Source: a virus | Taxonomy: Duplodnaviria; Caudoviricetes | Length of the DNA stretch: 38,717 nt | Reading direction: 5' to 3' (one strand) | IMG/VR virus record: IMGVR_UViG_3300035542_000088 | Span: 1-38,717 of that record | Shown: one piece after another, positions 35,844 through 38,717 of the stretch | Numbering within the stretch: the first letter of the stretch is position 1 | How the letters are laid out: each line of letters opens with the position of its first letter | Made by a program: the position numbers and the translations under genes | Notes under the pieces: generated by a model | What the model was told of the DNA's origin: nothing | Database searches by the model: none | The model's input: only the letters and a program-made list of their open reading frames with translations

Positions 35844-38125
35844 TTAAATATCTCCACATCCGGGATCATCGCAATAACCTGAATAGGAAGCGGCTTGTCC
35901 TGAACAATATAACACGTATGCAGGTAGCGGTAATCATTTGCAAAGGAAATTTTCTTTTCTCCGCTGTAAAGAGGAACCTGCGTATCCAGAATATCCTCTG
36001 TTGTTCTGAATGTAATTGTACTCAGGTGGTCAAGGTCCTGACCAACCTTGGCGTGGATAGTGTCTTTAAAGCGTATAACAGCCCGGTAGACGCCTTTTTT
36101 CTTTCCCATCGGCTGTTGATACTGCGCAGCAGGCTCGATGTACATAGGGGCCATTATGCAGGTTTTGGGAATTCCTATAACAACCCGCGATGCCCCTTCT
36201 TTTATAAGCGTTATCTCCCCGCCGGTTACAGTCTGCTGCGGGTCAACCATTCCGTCACGAAGAATGTCAACCGTTCGCCCCTCAAGATAATCCAATCCGC
36301 TTATGGTTGTTGATGCAGGATTATTAACAACGGTATAAAAATCAGACCCCGTCGCTTCAGTGGCTATATTGTCTCCCCACTCACGGTTATCAAAGTATCC
36401 TATATACCGTTTTGTGCTTCCGTCTATCTCAAGGGAACAGCTTACCCAGATTTGATCTTCATCATTGTCGCGTGCAATTGACGCAATACTCTCAAAAGAA
36501 CCTCCGTTAAGCGTCCAGCGACTAAGAGCCGTAACATCCTGATCCCGTTCATAAACCATCGGGACAAGAGTGCCGTCTTTTCGAATCATGTGCAGGATGT
36601 TGTCAGGCTGTTGCTGATAGGCAATATCAACAACGCCTCCTTTGGTTATATGCTCTGCCAGAATGGTAAGGTCCGGTGCAACCCAATCATCTATATCATA
36701 TCGATAAGTGAATTCCCTCAGTTTTCTTCCCTGACGCATGACGAACAGCACTGCCGAGTTTATCAGTACGGCCTGAATGTTCTTGCTTCCATAGGTTGTT
36801 TTGCGTTTCAAACTGAACTCTGAAGGAGTTACTGGATTTTCATAACTCTGAGCTCCGAGGGTCCATTCGCTTCCGGCTGTTCCTATAACCAGCATTCTCT
36901 GCGGAACCAGCCAGACAATATCATCAACCAGTCCGCTTCCTATGGTTATTTTCATTGCATCATCATCAAGCGTACCAAGCTCAAAGTTTTCAAAATCATC
37001 TATGCGAGACAGCCATAGAGTATTTGCATTATAATTTGTTCCGGCGAAAATAAGACGGGATTCCCACAGAGCGCAGCATTTCGGATATCCACGGTAGGTG
37101 TTCCATGCCCCCTCTGACCAGAGCTTTGTAGCATCTGTTGACCCGATCGCATTAATTACGTCGGCAGTTACAACCGTATCACTCGTATATCCTGTGATTT
37201 TAACAAGTCCCTTTGTATAATAATCCTGCACAAACAGCCTGATCTTTGCTGTGGCGGCAGTAGCTGTTACACAATATAATACACTGCTGTCCGATTCATC
37301 CCATGTTACGTCCACATTACGGCTGTCCATGTTATACTGACGCCATTTAGACCACGAGTCGCCGCCGTCTTCGCTTCTCCATACAGCCACATCATCCGAT
37401 GCACTCCACGTTCCCGTAGTTATAAAGCTGTAGGTTCCCTTCCCGGAAATCGTATTCGATGTGCCGGAAGGATGGGCCGGACCGGCACCGGTATTATTGA
37501 TGACTGTTAATATATTGTCATCTCTCGGGTGTTTGATTTCCCAATAGCTTCCCACATGATTCGCATCAAATAAAGATTCACTTGATGTAATGGTTATTCC
37601 TGTTCCGGTAAGAGCAGATACAGTAAGGGTTATATCCGTGATGTTTTCTTCAAGCAGTGCAGGATAGTCAGGCGTCATCTCTTCAAGCGTCCAGTTTGTG
37701 TCTCCGTATCTTGAAAGCTTATATACAGGATAATCTGAGTGGCAAAGCCACATAACATCTGCGCTTTGAATATATTTCAATCCGAATAAATCATCGGAAG
37801 ACCATGGCGAAACAATCTCATATGGAGTTGCCCCGTCCAATACCGGTTCATTGTTTTTATAAAACCGTACATATTCATTCCCGAGCTCAAGAATATACGC
37901 ATCTGAAGAACTGAACTCAAAACTTATAATCCTGACTTTATCATCCATCTTACTTGCCGCAACAAATTTTATACACGGACGATTTACAGCTCCTCCATAT
38001 GGAAGAACGCTCCAGTTCTCCATTACTATACAACCCGAGTTATATTTACTCAGGTCGTTTCTTGCATACATATACGGGCTTAGTTCTCCCGCATTGAAGC
38101 TGTTTATGACAGGATTGTTTGCCAT
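35840..38125 (-). CDS. tail tubular protein B (nozzle, T7 gp12-like)
   Basis: NSFNAGELSP...RNDL, YIQSADVM, GYP....ESRLIFAG, DLTILAEH, YQQQPD; start ATG 38125. Confidence 0.92.
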   Translation of the reverse strand: MANNPVINSFNAGELSPYMYARNDLSKYNSGCIVMENWSVLPYGGAVNRPCIKFVAASKMDDKVRIISFEFSSSDAYILELGNEYVRFYKNNEPVLDGATPYEIVSPWSSDDLFGLKYIQSADVMWLCHSDYPVYKLSRYGDTNWTLEEMTPDYPALLEENITDITLTVSALTGTGITITSSESLFDANHVGSYWEIKHPRDDNILTVINNTGAGPAHPSGTSNTISGKGTYSFITTGTWSASDDVAVWRSEDGGDSWSKWRQYNMDSRNVDVTWDESDSSVLYCVTATAATAKIRLFVQDYYTKGLVKITGYTSDTVVTADVINAIGSTDATKLWSEGAWNTYRGYPKCCALWESRLIFAGTNYNANTLWLSRIDDFENFELGTLDDDAMKITIGSGLVDDIVWLVPQRMLVIGTAGSEWTLGAQSYENPVTPSEFSLKRKTTYGSKNIQAVLINSAVLFVMRQGRKLREFTYRYDIDDWVAPDLTILAEHITKGGVVDIAYQQQPDNILHMIRKDGTLVPMVYERDQDVTALSRWTLNGGSFESIASIARDNDEDQIWVSCSLEIDGSTKRYIGYFDNREWGDNIATEATGSDFYTVVNNPASTTISGLDYLEGRTVDILRDGMVDPQQTVTGGEITLIKEGASRVVIGIPKTCIMAPMYIEPAAQYQQPMGKKKGVYRAVIRFKDTIHAKVGQDLDHLSTITFRTTEDILDTQVPLYSGEKKISFANDYRYLHTCYIVQDKPLPIQVIAMIPDVEIFK

Positions 38126-38127
38126 TG

Positions 38128-38382
38128 TTATACCTGATTGCGAAGATGCCAATAGGGAGATTTTTCTCCAAGACACCGAAGGGAAAGGTCAATTACTTTC
38201 GGATCAGCTTCTTCTTTAGATTCTATCTCAACAATTTCTTCTATCTGTTTAGATTCCGTCTCAACATCATCGCTTTCAATCACATTGTCAGCCATTGTCT
38301 GGTTCCAGTGAGTCATGCCGGTAATTTTTTTTGCCTCTTCCAGCGTATGCCCATTATTTTCAGCCCATGTTTTCAGATTCAC
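38128..38382 (-). CDS. hypothetical protein
   Basis: 84 aa with a GTGA overlap, between tail tubes A and B. Confidence 0.55.
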   Translation of the reverse strand: MNLKTWAENNGHTLEEAKKITGMTHWNQTMADNVIESDDVETESKQIEEIVEIESKEEADPKVIDLSLRCLGEKSPYWHLRNQV

Positions 38383-38717
38383 GGCAGTTCTCCATAGTTT
38401 TCACGTGAAAAGGTCATGTTCATATCTCCCAATGACCCGGATGAATAATTTGCTTCCAGCCAATCACTGTCAACTCTCGGAATATTATATCCCTCAAATC
38501 CGTTTACCCTTCGTGCTTCAGGAAGAATAACTTCTGAAACCTCGTTCTCAAGCGATGCGACAAGGTTTTTGTCTTCAGTAAAAGAAAATGCCAGCTTAGA
38601 TGCGAGTGATGTATAAAAAGCCCTTATAAATAACGGTGGATAAAGATTAGGGTCTATTATATATTTAATATAAATAAGATATGCTTCGCTTATATTGCTG
38701 TAAATTGTCCTTCCGAC
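38379..38717 (-). CDS. tail tubular protein A (adaptor), C-terminal part
   Basis: Manual translation: GRTIYSN...LIYIKYIIDPNLYPPLFIRAFYTSLASKLAF...EARRVNGFEG...WLEA. Confidence 0.8.
   Translation of the reverse strand, partial: VGRTIYSNISEAYLIYIKYIIDPNLYPPLFIRAFYTSLASKLAFSFTEDKNLVASLENEVSEVILPEARRVNGFEGYNIPRVDSDWLEANYSSGSLGDMNMTFSRENYGELP

Noticed and set aside
117-38530. Many antisense or nested ORFs in the track (e.g. 117-482, 14254-14691, 20708-21229, 32541-33077)
   Set aside because: Shadows of well-supported genes on the opposite strand or another frame.

Overview
Most of a podovirus-type dsDNA phage genome, circularly permuted. The window starts inside the scaffold gene and ends inside the tail tubular A gene, so the major capsid gene is probably in the missing gap. 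The minus strand carries a T7/BPP-1-like virion module: terminase, portal, Bbp19-like protein, scaffold, tail tubes A/B, internal virion proteins, two tail-fibre/adhesin genes and a spanin-like pair. A repeat-rich divergent non-coding region at about 5.5-6.5 kb is the likely genome end or packaging region. The plus strand carries small early genes, a HIRAN-nuclease fusion, a lambda-O-like initiator with iterons, a primase-helicase, an SSB-like protein, RusA and accessory genes. Main finding: 18.5-21.7 kb is an integron-like gene-cassette array inside a phage. Several hairpins have the attC bottom-strand architecture on the coding strand (AAC-N6-arm...T-N6-extra base-N3-N5-GTT). Five genes start with GTTnnnnn and end with the exact complement nnnnnAAC. 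The genes therefore lie inverted relative to classical cassettes, with RBS/start codons inside the attC loops. A second, non-hairpin AAC-AG(C/A)GG(A/G)ATAG site occurs five times. No integrase is visible. Also notable: a tail adhesin with a DGR-type variable repeat but no RT or template repeat in the window, several internally deleted gene relics, and three promoters sharing a GTATATA(C) operator next to a small RHH gene. All assignments are by motif reading, without database searches.
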